Assembly: GCA_963700985.1 (NCBI GenBank)
Contig: OY969554.1
Location: forward strand, 1,408,001 to 1,472,000
Origin: an uncultured Chlamydiales bacterium
GTDB taxonomy: Bacteria > Chlamydiota > Chlamydiia > Chlamydiales > Rhabdochlamydiaceae
DNA length: 64,000 nt
Direction of reading: 5' to 3'
The notes beneath the pieces are model-generated. The model searched no databases. It was not told the DNA's origin and saw nothing but the letters and a program-made list of their open reading frames with translations. This document shows positions 19,265 through 29,453 of this stretch, piece after piece; the stretch's first letter is position 1, and each line of letters begins with the position of its first letter. The translations under genes were made by a program, and so were the position numbers.

Positions 19265-20374
19265 TTATTTTTGTGCGTGGTGAAAGCAGGGAGCGATTTC
19301 GCGCTTACCCAATCCATATTTCAAGCGATAATCACAAAGTGTAATTGCTGCCGCTTGCGTCGAAATCTGATTCTGCTCAGAAATCGCATAAATAGCCATA
19401 AGCTGATCATAAATCTTATCCGTTTTATCACGGGCAACTGACGGATTATACCCTTCAGTCAAAAGCTCTTGCGTCACATTAATCAGACCGCCCGCATTGA
19501 TCACAAAATCTGGAGCATAGAGAATTCCACGCATACGCAGCAGATCCGCATCGCTATCTTTAAGCAGCTGATTATTCGCACAACCTGCTACCGCTGAGCA
19601 GCGCAATTTGCTAATTGAAGCCGCATTGAGAATGCCTCCCATCGCACAAGGAGCCAGAACGTCGCATTCAACTGCTAGCACTTCGTTTGGCGCAATCACT
19701 TCTGCACCGTAGAGCTTAGCCAGGCGTGCAGCTTTTTCTTGATTGATGTCACTTAAAATAAGTCTTGCACCCGACCAGAAAAGCAGCTCGGCTAGCCTTG
19801 CGCCAACACACCCAAGGCCCTGGATCGCAATTTTCTTTCCTTCTATAGAATCGCTGCCCGTAACTTTCTTCAACACGGATTGAATACCGCGAAAAGTGCC
19901 CCAAGCAGTAAAAGGCCCAGGATCGCCACTACTTCTAGGATGATCAAGACCAACCACATAAGGAGTCACGTCGCTGACGATCTTCATGTCGGCAGTAGTA
20001 CAGCCCACATCCTCTGCACATATATAGAGGCCATTTAAACGGTTAACTGCTTCGCCGAAAGCCAGCATGAGTTCTTTGGGTTTGCCTTTCTGTGCATCAT
20101 GGATAATTACGCTTTTGCCTCCGCCCCAGCCACAATCGGCCACAGCAGATTTATAGGTCATGCCTCTGGCGAGACGCTTCACATCTTCAAGGGCAGCCTC
20201 AAAGGTAGTATAAGGATAGATGCGAGTTCCTCCTAAGGCAGGCCCCAGCGTGGTATTGTGGATGCAGATAATTGCCTGCAATCCGGCTTTGGGAGCAGTG
20301 ACTTTAATTACCCTCTCATACCCTTCGACAAGAATATCCTCTAATACTAGCGGCTCCTCTAAAACCAGAGTCAT
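19265..20374 (-). CDS. ldh: Glu/Leu/Phe/Val dehydrogenase (leucine dehydrogenase)
   Basis: GPALGGTR, GMTYK, GGGKSVI, AEDVG, QGLGCVG and PDFVINAGG; start at ATG 20374 after gaggga. Confidence 0.9.
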   Translation of the reverse strand: MTLVLEEPLVLEDILVEGYERVIKVTAPKAGLQAIICIHNTTLGPALGGTRIYPYTTFEAALEDVKRLARGMTYKSAVADCGWGGGKSVIIHDAQKGKPKELMLAFGEAVNRLNGLYICAEDVGCTTADMKIVSDVTPYVVGLDHPRSSGDPGPFTAWGTFRGIQSVLKKVTGSDSIEGKKIAIQGLGCVGARLAELLFWSGARLILSDINQEKAARLAKLYGAEVIAPNEVLAVECDVLAPCAMGGILNAASISKLRCSAVAGCANNQLLKDSDADLLRMRGILYAPDFVINAGGLINVTQELLTEGYNPSVARDKTDKIYDQLMAIYAISEQNQISTQAAAITLCDYRLKYGLGKREIAPCFHHAQK

Positions 20375-20503
20375 ATTTCCCTCATTTTGAAAATTAGAAA
20401 GGCTCAATTGTCCAAATTAAGGGACATATTGACAAGTTCCTTGATCATTAATTCCATGTTGGGCTACCCTCAACCTCACTATTTTTTGTATTTAGAGGTC
20501 AAA

Positions 20504-21244
20504 ATGACAAGTGTTGTCATTTCGGAAAATTTAAAGGAAGAACTTGAAAAGTTCCTCAAAAAGAACCGAAAAGCAGATTTAATCAGCGCCTATCTCTTCT
20601 TTTTAGAAAAGAAGTATAACATCCATCCGGTTCTTTTCATCCGTGAAAAGGTGATCTACCAGAGCCAAGATGCACTTATTAAGAAGCTTGAAGAGCACGG
20701 CAAGCTCTGGCGCGAGACCGAAATTAAGATCCAGGTCGGCCAGCAGAGCGTTAATGAGCATACAAAGAAAATTTATATTTGCCCATTTACCGGTAAAGTT
20801 TTCGGCGACAATACACATCCTAATCCTCAAGACGCCATTTACGACTGGGTTTCTAATTGCCCAGAAAATAAAGAGCGCGTTGGTGGCTTAAAGGTTAAAA
20901 GATTTTTTGTTTCTGAAGATCCTGAAGTAATTAAAAATTATATTGTGAAACTGAAGGCGCCGATTACCAAAATCGTCTTCTCTTCAGCAGTCACGGGCAA
21001 GCTCTTCAATAGCAAAGCTGCCGTAATTGATGATTTCATGAAAAATCAGCTTAAGCCTTTCTCTCTTGCAGAAGCTACCAATCAAAACCGCTTCCAACTC
21101 GAAGATGAGTTCCTCGCCTTCATTCAGAAACACCTCGAAGAAAGCAAGATCAATGCTTTCGTTGAAGCGATGAATGGTTTCGATGCATTCTCATCATATG
21201 TTGAGCAGTGGACAGAAGAAGAGCAGCACGCAGCAGAGGAATGA
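20504..21244 (+). CDS. Chlamydiae-specific protein (DUF2709-like)
   Basis: IYICPFTGKVFGDNTHPNPQDAIYDWVS; lies upstream of tsaE-dnaQ as in chlamydial genomes; gagg RBS before ATG 20504. Confidence 0.8.
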   Translation: MTSVVISENLKEELEKFLKKNRKADLISAYLFFLEKKYNIHPVLFIREKVIYQSQDALIKKLEEHGKLWRETEIKIQVGQQSVNEHTKKIYICPFTGKVFGDNTHPNPQDAIYDWVSNCPENKERVGGLKVKRFFVSEDPEVIKNYIVKLKAPITKIVFSSAVTGKLFNSKAAVIDDFMKNQLKPFSLAEATNQNRFQLEDEFLAFIQKHLEESKINAFVEAMNGFDAFSSYVEQWTEEEQHAAEE

Positions 21245-21672
21245 GCCAGCAGATCTTGTACTCTAGGTCAGCCGAAGAGACGATTGAACATGGAGTGCGG
21301 ATCGGAAAAGATCTCCCTCCTGGCAGTGTGCTCTGCTTTATGGGCGATCTAGGAGCCGGCAAGACCACCTTTATTAAAGGCATTGCTAAAGGGGCGGGAC
21401 ATATCGCAGAAAGAGAGGTTAGCAGTCCCACTTTCTCTTATTTGCACATCTACTCCGGAAAGTTGCCCATCTACCACTTCGATCTTTACAGACTGCGCTC
21501 TCCCGAAGAGTTTTGCTCCTTGGGATTTGATGAATATTTTGATGCAGATGGCATCTCGTGCATCGAATGGGCAGAAAGAATCGAAACGATCCTTCCGCCA
21601 AATACACTTCTGTTGCATTTTGCACACGAAGGCGAAGATACCAGAAAAATTGTGCTCTCAAGGAACTCTTAA
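21241..21672 (+). CDS. tsaE: tRNA threonylcarbamoyladenosine biosynthesis ATPase
   Basis: GDLGAGKT, VSSPTF, HFDLYRL and IEWAE; ATGA overlap with the previous stop. Confidence 0.93.
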   Translation: MSQQILYSRSAEETIEHGVRIGKDLPPGSVLCFMGDLGAGKTTFIKGIAKGAGHIAEREVSSPTFSYLHIYSGKLPIYHFDLYRLRSPEEFCSLGFDEYFDADGISCIEWAERIETILPPNTLLLHFAHEGEDTRKIVLSRNS

Positions 21673-21679
21673 GGAAATA

Positions 21680-22435
21680 ATGGGCCAACTCAATAAAGAC
21701 GTCTTTGTCTGCTACGATCTAGAAACTACGGGCCTCGATGCTACTCAAGATCGCATTATTGAAATCGCATGTGTGCGTTTTACATTCAATGAAGTGTTAG
21801 AGACTTTTGAAACACTCATCGACCCAGGTTGCCCAATTAGCCAGGAATCGATTGCGATTCACCACATCACAGATGCCATGGTCGAAGGCAAGCCCAAAAT
21901 TGAGAGCGTGCTTTCTTCTGTTGTAAAGTTTCTAGGCAAAGAGATCCTAGTTGGACATGGCATTCAGATGGATATCTCTTTTATCTCTGCTGCATGCAAA
22001 CGCCATAGCGTACCCTGCCAGATCGAATCGCAAACATACATCGACACTCTGCGCCTGGCTCGCCTCTATGGCGAAAGCCCCATGAATTCTCTTGAAAAAC
22101 TCCGCGAGCACTTCAACATCGCTCCCGAAGGCGCCCATCGCGCGATGAGCGACGTGATCGTCAACATCGAAGTGTTTAAGTATCTATCCAAGCAGTTCAA
22201 AACCACTGAACAGCTGCTCGAACGTCTGAAACGCCCGATCCTGCTCAAAAACATGCCCTTGGGCAAACACAAAGGCAGACCTTTTTCTGAAATCCCCATC
22301 GAATACCTACAATGGGCTATCCATAAGGACTTCGATCAAGATCTAATCTTCTCCATCCGCACCGAACTGAACCGCCGCAAGAAAGGCCGAGGCAACCTCT
22401 TCTCTCAAGCCGGCAACCCCTTCTCCTCTCTGTAA
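21680..22435 (+). CDS. dnaQ: DnaQ-like DEDDh 3'-5' exonuclease with C-terminal DUF3820-like domain
   Basis: DLETTG, VGHG..MD, DTL, AHRAMSD; MPLGKHKG...IPIEYLQW tail. Confidence 0.85.
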   Translation: MGQLNKDVFVCYDLETTGLDATQDRIIEIACVRFTFNEVLETFETLIDPGCPISQESIAIHHITDAMVEGKPKIESVLSSVVKFLGKEILVGHGIQMDISFISAACKRHSVPCQIESQTYIDTLRLARLYGESPMNSLEKLREHFNIAPEGAHRAMSDVIVNIEVFKYLSKQFKTTEQLLERLKRPILLKNMPLGKHKGRPFSEIPIEYLQWAIHKDFDQDLIFSIRTELNRRKKGRGNLFSQAGNPFSSL

Positions 22436-22489
22436 AACTTTACCTCTTAATTATTTAAGAGTTGCAACTATCATTAACGAATATACAGG

Positions 22490-22749
22490 CTAATTAACAT
22501 CTTTGTACGAGCGCAGCCTCCACAAATCTGTTGCTATTTGCATTCAACCAAAATCAGGTGTGGTGTTGAGCGCCCCGCCAGCTTAACTGCCTTTTCTGGT
22601 GTCATGCTGGATTTCTCATTCACAATTCGATTGATTATCGTGTAATCACAACCCAAATGAATAGCGAGATCGTTTTGGCTGATTGCCAAAGGTTTTAAGA
22701 ACTCTTCATTAAGGATGTTTCTAGGAGAAGTGGGTCTTCTATATATCAT
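22490..22749 (-). pseudogene. higA: HigA-type addiction-module antitoxin, frameshifted
   Basis: PTSPRNILNEEFLKPL...INRIVNEK; the expected continuation (ALNTTPDFWLNAQIATDLW) is recovered only by restoring about three single-base deletions; no toxin gene seen. Confidence 0.7.
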
Positions 22750-22869
22750 CCTTTCTAATCTTTGTAGACCATAGATGTGCTGCTAGAATGGCTTGGATAC
22801 TCATAAAAATATTGACTTCTCTTTATTGCTTGTGAAAAAATTGCACGAATCTCTCCAGGAGGATATCAA

Positions 22870-23718
22870 ATGCAAGGCGAAATCGTTAAAAAGTTACAAA
22901 GTCGTTTTGATGCCTTGATGCAAAGTATCCCAGGGGAAGAAATTGAATTCTGGTTTGCCCGAGATCTCCAAGAACCTCTAGGGTACTTGCGCTGGGAGAA
23001 CTTTATGACAGCCTTGCAGCGGGCTATAGAATCTTGTCAGACAACGGGTTATGACCCAAACGATCATTTTCGTGGCGTCACGAAAATGATCAGCCTGGGC
23101 AAGGGAGCCGAACGATCCATCGAAGATTTCATGCTTACCCGCTATGCCTGCTACCTGATTGCTCAAAATGGTGATCCTCGCAAAGAGCCTATTGCCTTTG
23201 CCCAAAGTTATTTTGCTGTTCAAACACGCAAGCAGGAACTGATAGAAGCTCGTATGCGTCTTCAGGACAGACTGGAAGTTCGTGAAAAACTAAGAGAATC
23301 AGAAAAAACGCTTTCTCAGAATATTTATGAGCGCGGTGTGGATGATGCCGGCTTTGCTCGCATTCGTTCTAAGGGAGATGCTGCGCTATTTGGTGGATAT
23401 TCAACGCAGGCAATGAAAAGCAAATATGGGATTACTGAAAGTCGTCCATTGGCCGACTTTTTGCCAACATTGACTATTGCCGCTAAAAATTTAGCAACAG
23501 AAATGACTAATCACAACGTGCTACAGGATGATTTGCAAGGAGAAGGTGCAATAGCAGGGGAGCACGTTCAAAATAACTTGAGTGTACGCGATATGCTAGA
23601 GGCTCGTGGTATTAAGCCGGAAAATTTACCTCCGGAAGAGGATGTCATGAAGCTTGAGCGCCGTGTGAAACCCGAAGAGAAAAAACTGGTCAAACAATCC
23701 GGAAAGTTGCCAAGGTAA
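22870..23718 (+). CDS. dinD: DNA-damage-inducible protein D
   Basis: EFWFARDLQ.PLGY.RWENF, LTRYACYLIAQNGDPRK, FAQSYFAVQTR and PENLPPEED. Confidence 0.92.
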   Translation: MQGEIVKKLQSRFDALMQSIPGEEIEFWFARDLQEPLGYLRWENFMTALQRAIESCQTTGYDPNDHFRGVTKMISLGKGAERSIEDFMLTRYACYLIAQNGDPRKEPIAFAQSYFAVQTRKQELIEARMRLQDRLEVREKLRESEKTLSQNIYERGVDDAGFARIRSKGDAALFGGYSTQAMKSKYGITESRPLADFLPTLTIAAKNLATEMTNHNVLQDDLQGEGAIAGEHVQNNLSVRDMLEARGIKPENLPPEEDVMKLERRVKPEEKKLVKQSGKLPR

Positions 23719-23739
23719 GAAAAAGGCTATATCAGTCAG

Positions 23740-24861
23740 ATGAAAAGATCACTGTTTGCTGTTTTACTCCTACTGCTCACGTCGATGCAGCTGCCAATGC
23801 AGCTGCCCAAGGACATCAAGGGCATCCGCTATGAACATCGCGTGCTTGAAGGGCCTGTTTGCGTTCACATCTTAGAAGTCGATCCAAAAAACGCAGATAT
23901 CGCCGCAACGCATGCGCCCCCACAAGTTCTCGCGCTTGCTCCAACTTCGGAAATCGCAAAAGCCAAAGGTGCATTTGCTGCCATAAACGGCGGCTTCTAT
24001 CGCCTGGAAGGCATCTACGCCGGTTCCTGTTCGGGAATTCTTAAAGTAGATGGCGAGTGGCTCTCTTCACCAAGGCTAGAACGCGCAGCCCTTGGCTGGA
24101 ATAAAAAAGATGGTAGCGTGCTCATCGATCGCGTGGGCTGGCGCGGAGAAGTGAAGTGGAAAAACTCGCGGATTTACTTGGATGGCATCAACCAACCAGC
24201 ACTCAAAGACAAAGTGATTCTGTATACCTCCTCTTTTGCCCCATCAACGCTGACACCAAGCGGCAGCCTTGATCTGCAACTAAGCTCCACCTATCAAATC
24301 CTGGCCTTTAATAAATCTGGGAATACGCCCATTCCTGAAAATGGTTATGTGATTGCAATTGGTGAAGAGTATCCAGACATCGTCACGCCTTTTGAAGTTG
24401 GCAAAAAGCTCGAGCTCTCATTGCAGGTCGTTCCAATTATCCATCCCAAAAGCGCGGCGCGCTGGAATAGTTTTGATGATATCGTGGGAGGAACACCTCT
24501 TTTAGTTGATAATGGTCAAGTGATCACCGATTTTTCCGCTGAAAAAACCCGCACCTCTTTTTTACTCGAGAGACACCCACGCACGGCTGTAGGTATTAAA
24601 GCCGATGGTCACTGGCTCTTTGTAGTGATCGATGGTCGTCAACCAGAAATTAGCCTCGGCATGACCATGAACGAGCTAGCGCGCTTTATGCATAGCATCG
24701 GATCAGTGTCAGCCATAAATTTCGATGGGGGCGGCTCTTCCACGCTCTATTTGAATGGATCAGTAATTAACATCCCTTCTATAAGTGAAGAGGATGTGTT
24801 GCGCGAAGAGGGGGTAGAGCGCCCCGTCAGCGACGCCATCCTAATCTATAAGCGCAGCTAA
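23740..24861 (+). CDS. Phosphodiester glycosidase (NAGPA family), exported
   Basis: AAINGGFY, HPRTAVG, VIDGRQ, NFDGGGSS and RPVSDAI; signal peptide. Confidence 0.85.
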   Translation: MKRSLFAVLLLLLTSMQLPMQLPKDIKGIRYEHRVLEGPVCVHILEVDPKNADIAATHAPPQVLALAPTSEIAKAKGAFAAINGGFYRLEGIYAGSCSGILKVDGEWLSSPRLERAALGWNKKDGSVLIDRVGWRGEVKWKNSRIYLDGINQPALKDKVILYTSSFAPSTLTPSGSLDLQLSSTYQILAFNKSGNTPIPENGYVIAIGEEYPDIVTPFEVGKKLELSLQVVPIIHPKSAARWNSFDDIVGGTPLLVDNGQVITDFSAEKTRTSFLLERHPRTAVGIKADGHWLFVVIDGRQPEISLGMTMNELARFMHSIGSVSAINFDGGGSSTLYLNGSVINIPSISEEDVLREEGVERPVSDAILIYKRS

Positions 24862-24864
24862 AGC

Positions 24865-26076
24865 ATGCCAAAGCTTTCACTCAAAGATCTCTCTGTGAAA
24901 GGCAAAAAAGTGCTCATGCGCGTCGACTTTAACGTGCCGCTAGATGAACGTGGCAAAATCACAGATGATACGAGAATCCGCGAAGCGCTTGCCTCCATCG
25001 AATATGTGCTAAAGCAGGGTGGCAGCGTTATCTTGATGAGCCATCTCGGGAGACCAAAAGGAAAAAGCGACCCAAAATTCACACTCGCTCCCTGTGCAGA
25101 AGCTCTAAGCAAACTTCTAGGTAAGCCCGTTCAATTCGCCAAAGATTGCATTGGTGATGAGACTGCAAAAATGGCCAAGAATCTAAAAGAGAGCGAAGTG
25201 CTGCTCTTAGAAAATTTACGTTTTTATGCGGCGGAAGAGGATCCCTCTGTTGACCCAACCTTCGCCCAAAAACTCGCCAAGCTCGGAGATATTTACGTTA
25301 ACGACGCCTTTGGCACAGCTCACCGCGCGCACTCTTCAACTTATGCCATTGTCAAATACTTTCCAGGTAAAGCCGCGGCTGGCTTTCTCATGCAAAAAGA
25401 GCTCTCTTTTCTCGAACCTTTAATTAAAAATCCGGCGCGACCTTTTTATGCGATCATCGGCGGAGCTAAGATCTCCTCAAAGATCGGTGTTTTAAAATCT
25501 CTAATCACAAAAGTCGATGCGCTCTTTATCGGCGGAGGCATGGCTTTTACTTTCTTTAAAGCCCAGAATATATCGATCGGAAAATCGATCTGTGAAGACG
25601 ATCTTCTGCAAACGGCTCGTGAGATCATGCAGATGTGCACCTCTAAAAACATTTCTATCTATTTCCCTAAAGATCTACTCATCACGGACAATCTTAAAGA
25701 AAATGGGGCTGTTAAAACAATTTTTGCCAAAGATGGGATTCCAGATGGATGGGAAGGTGCAGACATTGGCCCTCAAACCGTCAAAGAGTGGAGTCAAGAG
25801 CTAAAGAAAGCTCAAACAATTTTTTGGAATGGTCCCGTAGGTGTTTTTGAGAAGCCTGCCTTTGCTAAAGGCACTAATATGCTCGCCACAGCTATGGCAG
25901 AGCTCAGATCTACCCGCATTATAGGAGGGGGAGACTCGGTCGCGGCAATCAACCAGCTTAATCTTGCAAAAAATTTTACACATCTCTCTACCGGCGGAGG
26001 GGCAGCTTTGGAATTTCTCGAATACGGAAAGCTCCCAGGAATTGAAGTTTTAACTGACGCAGAAAATAAAAAATAA
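24865..26076 (+). CDS. pgk: Phosphoglycerate kinase
   Basis: RVDFNVP, SHLGRP, LLENLRF, NDAFGTAHRAHSS, GGGDS and STGGGA. Confidence 0.98.
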   Translation: MPKLSLKDLSVKGKKVLMRVDFNVPLDERGKITDDTRIREALASIEYVLKQGGSVILMSHLGRPKGKSDPKFTLAPCAEALSKLLGKPVQFAKDCIGDETAKMAKNLKESEVLLLENLRFYAAEEDPSVDPTFAQKLAKLGDIYVNDAFGTAHRAHSSTYAIVKYFPGKAAAGFLMQKELSFLEPLIKNPARPFYAIIGGAKISSKIGVLKSLITKVDALFIGGGMAFTFFKAQNISIGKSICEDDLLQTAREIMQMCTSKNISIYFPKDLLITDNLKENGAVKTIFAKDGIPDGWEGADIGPQTVKEWSQELKKAQTIFWNGPVGVFEKPAFAKGTNMLATAMAELRSTRIIGGGDSVAAINQLNLAKNFTHLSTGGGAALEFLEYGKLPGIEVLTDAENKK

Positions 26077-26190
26077 AGTTGGTTTGGGATAAAATCACGA
26101 AAATGCAAAAAAGTATAGTGGGCATATCAGCCAAATCTGTTATGCTGCTTGATTAATTGCACAGATAACTATCTTCCGGCGGTTTATAAA

Positions 26191-27765
26191 ATGTCTGGGG
26201 AATTTGGCAAACTTCGCTCGTATCTCTGGCCCATACATAGAAAAGAAACGCGCATGTTTTTGCCGCTTCTTTTCATCTTTTTCCTCGTTGGTTTTAACTA
26301 CAGCATCCTAAGAGCCACCAAAGACGCTCTCGTGGTAACAGCTCGCGCTTCAGGAGCAGAGGCTCTGCCCTTTTTAAAAGTCTGGGCCATCCTGCCCATG
26401 GCATTCCTCTTTACTTACATCTTTACGCGCGTTTCAAATCGGCTTAGTCGCGAGCGGATTTTTTATGCGATGATGAGCATCTTCATCGTCTTCTTCCTCA
26501 TCTTCACCTTCTTGTTATATCCTTTTAGAGAATCATTGCATCCGCATGAGCTAGCAGACCGCTTACAATCTCATCTGCCCATAGGCTTTAAAGGCCTTAT
26601 CGCCGTCTTTCGCAACTGGACCTTCACTGCTTTTTATGTGATGTCTGAGATGTGGAGCACGATCATTATGTCTGTGCTCTGTTGGGGCTTTGTCAATGAC
26701 ACAACTACCGTTAAGAATGCCAAACGCTATTACGGCCTCCTCGGGATAGGCATCAACTTTTCAGGCATTGCGGCAGGTCAAGTGGCCATGTTTTTCTCAA
26801 AACATGTTTATGACCCACGCCTTCCTTTCGGTTCAGATGCCTGGGGCCAATCTATCTTTCTATTGAACTTTGTGGTGGTTGCAGCCGGCCTTCTCTGCAT
26901 GTACCTTTTTAGAAAACTGCACAAAAATGGCTATGGATATAGCTCTGCTTCTTGGGCTGAACAACAGCTGGAGCAAGAGCCCATCAAGATGGGGTTACGT
27001 AAAAACTTTGCTTACCTAGCCAAATCTAAATATCTAATCTGCATCGCCATCATTGTAGTCACCTACAACATCGCCATCAATCTCACTGAAGTTATCTGGA
27101 AAGACCAGGTTAAACAGCTTTATCCTAATCCAAGCGACTTTAACGGCTATATGGGTCAGGTGCTCACCGGCATCGGCATTATTGCCACAATTACCAGCGT
27201 CTTTATCTCTGGAAACGTAATCAGAAAATTAAGCTGGACCTCCAGCGCCATGATCTCGCCTCTTATTCTTCTCGTGACAGGCGTGGGATTCTTCTCCTTC
27301 CTGCTCTTCAAAGACTTTGGTCTCGGCGCCATCGCAGCTCTGCTAGGTTCAACACCTCTAGCCATCAGCGTTTTCTTCGGCTCGCTACAAAACTGCCTTT
27401 CTCGCGCCTCCAAATACACGCTTTTTGACTCCACCAAAGAACTCGCATTTATCCCGCTTAGTCAAGAGAGCAAATTAAAAGGCAAAGCTGCTATCGATGG
27501 CGTCGGTTCTCGCCTGGGTAAATCCGGTGGCTCGATCATCCATCAAGGCCTGCTCGTCTTTTTCGGTAGCATCTCACTCAGCACTCCGTATGTCGGCCTA
27601 ATCTTACTCTTTTCGATTGTCGCTTGGATGTATGCAGTTCGTTCTCTTGGGAAAAAATTTAATCAGCTAGTCGGTGAGCAAGGAACTGTAGACCTACCCG
27701 ACGAAGAGCCCGATCCATTTTTAGACCCTTCTTCGAAGGGCAAAGAGGCTGCTACTAGAGCTTGA
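26191..27765 (+). CDS. npt2: NTT family nucleotide transporter (Npt2-like by synteny)
   Basis: FNYSILRATKD, FYVMSEMWS, KYTLFDSTKELAFIPL and KGKAAIDGVGSRLGKSGG; next to pgsA as in Chlamydia; substrate specificity cannot be read from sequence. Confidence 0.85.
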   Translation: MSGEFGKLRSYLWPIHRKETRMFLPLLFIFFLVGFNYSILRATKDALVVTARASGAEALPFLKVWAILPMAFLFTYIFTRVSNRLSRERIFYAMMSIFIVFFLIFTFLLYPFRESLHPHELADRLQSHLPIGFKGLIAVFRNWTFTAFYVMSEMWSTIIMSVLCWGFVNDTTTVKNAKRYYGLLGIGINFSGIAAGQVAMFFSKHVYDPRLPFGSDAWGQSIFLLNFVVVAAGLLCMYLFRKLHKNGYGYSSASWAEQQLEQEPIKMGLRKNFAYLAKSKYLICIAIIVVTYNIAINLTEVIWKDQVKQLYPNPSDFNGYMGQVLTGIGIIATITSVFISGNVIRKLSWTSSAMISPLILLVTGVGFFSFLLFKDFGLGAIAALLGSTPLAISVFFGSLQNCLSRASKYTLFDSTKELAFIPLSQESKLKGKAAIDGVGSRLGKSGGSIIHQGLLVFFGSISLSTPYVGLILLFSIVAWMYAVRSLGKKFNQLVGEQGTVDLPDEEPDPFLDPSSKGKEAATRA

Positions 27766-27774
27766 GCCTAACTT

Positions 27775-28389
27775 ATGGATAAATTCTTCGAATTCGTGAT
27801 CCAAAATGCGCATCTGGCCCATTGGTTCATATTCGGTGGAATTATCCTCGCTGGCATGAATATCCCCATTAGCGCCGATCTTCTCGTGATCATTGCCTCA
27901 GTCCTTGCTGCCACAGTCGTTCCTGAACATACTATTCTACTCTTTTTAAGCGTCTTCTTAGGCTGCTATTTCTCTGCCTGGGTTGCTTATTGGATTGGCC
28001 GAAAATTTGGTCCTAAATTAATGCGCTGGCGTTTTTTTCAGAAAATTCTGAGCGTGGAAAAAATTGAAAAGATGCGGATTTTCTACGAAAAGCGCGGGCT
28101 AATGGCGCTGGTTATTGGACGATTTATTCCTTTTGGCGTACGCAATGCCATTTTTATGAGTGCCGGAATGAGCAAAATGCCCTTTTCTAAATTCATTGTC
28201 AGAGACCTATTCGCCTGCTTCCTCTGGTCTAGCAGCACCTTTAGCGCATTTTATTTTCTGGGACAAAATCATCAAGTCCTATACCGATATGTTAAAACTT
28301 TCAATATCCTGATTTTTGCAGTATTCGGTGTGACGGTAATTGCATTCATTTGGTATAAGCAAAGAAAAAAATCTCGAGCTCATGCTTAG
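27775..28389 (+). CDS. DedA family membrane protein
   Basis: NIPISAD, YWIGRKFG and GRFIPFGVR. Confidence 0.88.
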   Translation: MDKFFEFVIQNAHLAHWFIFGGIILAGMNIPISADLLVIIASVLAATVVPEHTILLFLSVFLGCYFSAWVAYWIGRKFGPKLMRWRFFQKILSVEKIEKMRIFYEKRGLMALVIGRFIPFGVRNAIFMSAGMSKMPFSKFIVRDLFACFLWSSSTFSAFYFLGQNHQVLYRYVKTFNILIFAVFGVTVIAFIWYKQRKKSRAHA

Positions 28390-28891
28390 CCTATCTAACG
28401 GACTTTCTTTCCTGCGCGCGCCACTTGCCTTGCTATTTCTTGTAGATAGCATCACTTGGAGAGTCGTTGCTATTGTTTTAGCTATGATAACCGACAGCGT
28501 CGATGGTTATCTAGCAAGACGCTACCGCTCGGCTAGCCAATTCGGAGCCATTCTCGATCCAGCCATGGATAAATTTTTCGTCTTCTTCGGATTAGGCGTG
28601 CTCTTGATGGAAGACAGGCTCGAACTCTGGCAAGCTGGTGCCATGCTCTCTCGTGATTTTTTTCTCTGTATCTTCGCCATCTATCTCAGCTTGAAAGGCA
28701 ACTTGCAAGCTTATCAATACCGCGCCATCCGTTGGGGCAAAGTGACCACTGCTTCGCAGTTCCTCCTCCTAATCGGCCTTAGCCTGCACCTTTCCTTCCC
28801 TTGGTTCATCTATCTCCTTTTCATCTTTCTCGGATGCCTTGCGTTCTTCGAGCTTCTCCAAGTCAAACAAGAAAAAAAACCCGCCTCTTAG
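28382..28891 (+). CDS. pgsA: CDP-alcohol phosphatidyltransferase
   Basis: TDSVDGYLARR...FGAILDPAMDK signature; WGKVTT. Confidence 0.85.
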   Translation: MLSLSNGLSFLRAPLALLFLVDSITWRVVAIVLAMITDSVDGYLARRYRSASQFGAILDPAMDKFFVFFGLGVLLMEDRLELWQAGAMLSRDFFLCIFAIYLSLKGNLQAYQYRAIRWGKVTTASQFLLLIGLSLHLSFPWFIYLLFIFLGCLAFFELLQVKQEKKPAS

Positions 28892-28920
28892 TAGAACAAC
28901 TCCTTATATTCTAGAAACGA

Positions 28921-28995
28921 ACAAGATATGCAGAATCAGGAAGGATAGAGAAAATATCCTGCGCATCCTACCGCTTGCGATCCTGCACATCCTGT
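28921..28995. repeat. Dispersed imperfect palindromic element (CAGGAT...ATCCTG), copy 2
   Basis: aaaatatcctgcgcatcctaccgcttgcgatcctgcacatcctgt closely matches 12369-12413. Confidence 0.75.
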
Positions 28996-29078
28996 AAATG
29001 ATTTACTAAAAGAGCTCGGTCTCTATTGCAAGGCTTACTGTCCATTACAAGGCGTCGCTACAAGAGACCATTTAGGCA

Positions 29079-29107
29079 TTGTCAAAAAAAATGGCATCTA
29101 CTTTACT
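29079..29107 (+). promoter_or_regulatory. Putative sigma70-type promoter of precursor 1 (TTGTCA-N17-TTTACT)
   Basis: The same sequence recurs at 30586-30614 upstream of precursor 2. Confidence 0.5.
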
Positions 29108-29141
29108 GCGAAGAATAGAATCCCTTAACATGAGGAAGTTT

Positions 29142-29417
29142 ATGGCCAAAAGAGAAGAATTGGAAAAGGTGTGGAGCCAGATAATTAAAAGAACTTGGAC
29201 GGATGAAGTTTTTAAACAGCGCTTATTAAAGAATCCCAAACAGGTGATCAAGGATGAGTATCGCATAGATATCCCATCAGATGCAGGAATTAAAATAGTC
29301 GAAGCTCAAGCTGAGGATTTAATTCTTCGCTTGCCACCTAAACAAGCTTCTGGAGAATTGACACATGAACAATTGAAAAACGTGTCTGGAGCGGGGGATG
29401 ATTACTTTCCGCATTAG
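29142..29417 (+). CDS. NHLP-leader RiPP precursor 1 (91 aa; predicted core GDDYFPH)
   Basis: IIKRTWTDEVFKQRLLKNPKQVI...IKIVE...LILRLPP...ELTHEQLKNVSGA is a nitrile-hydratase-like leader with a double-glycine-type end; gaggaa RBS before ATG 29142. Confidence 0.88.
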   Translation: MAKREELEKVWSQIIKRTWTDEVFKQRLLKNPKQVIKDEYRIDIPSDAGIKIVEAQAEDLILRLPPKQASGELTHEQLKNVSGAGDDYFPH

Positions 29418-29453
29418 AGCGATGATTTTTAGAAATTCGAAGGGAAGCCTAGC

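Noticed and set aside
21383-21679. 99-aa N-terminal extension of dnaQ
   Set aside because: It overlaps tsaE in another frame; ATG 21680 has a good RBS.
29142-29417. Precursors as nitrile hydratase alpha subunits
   Set aside because: They lack the CxxCSC metal-binding motif, are too short, and no beta subunit is present.
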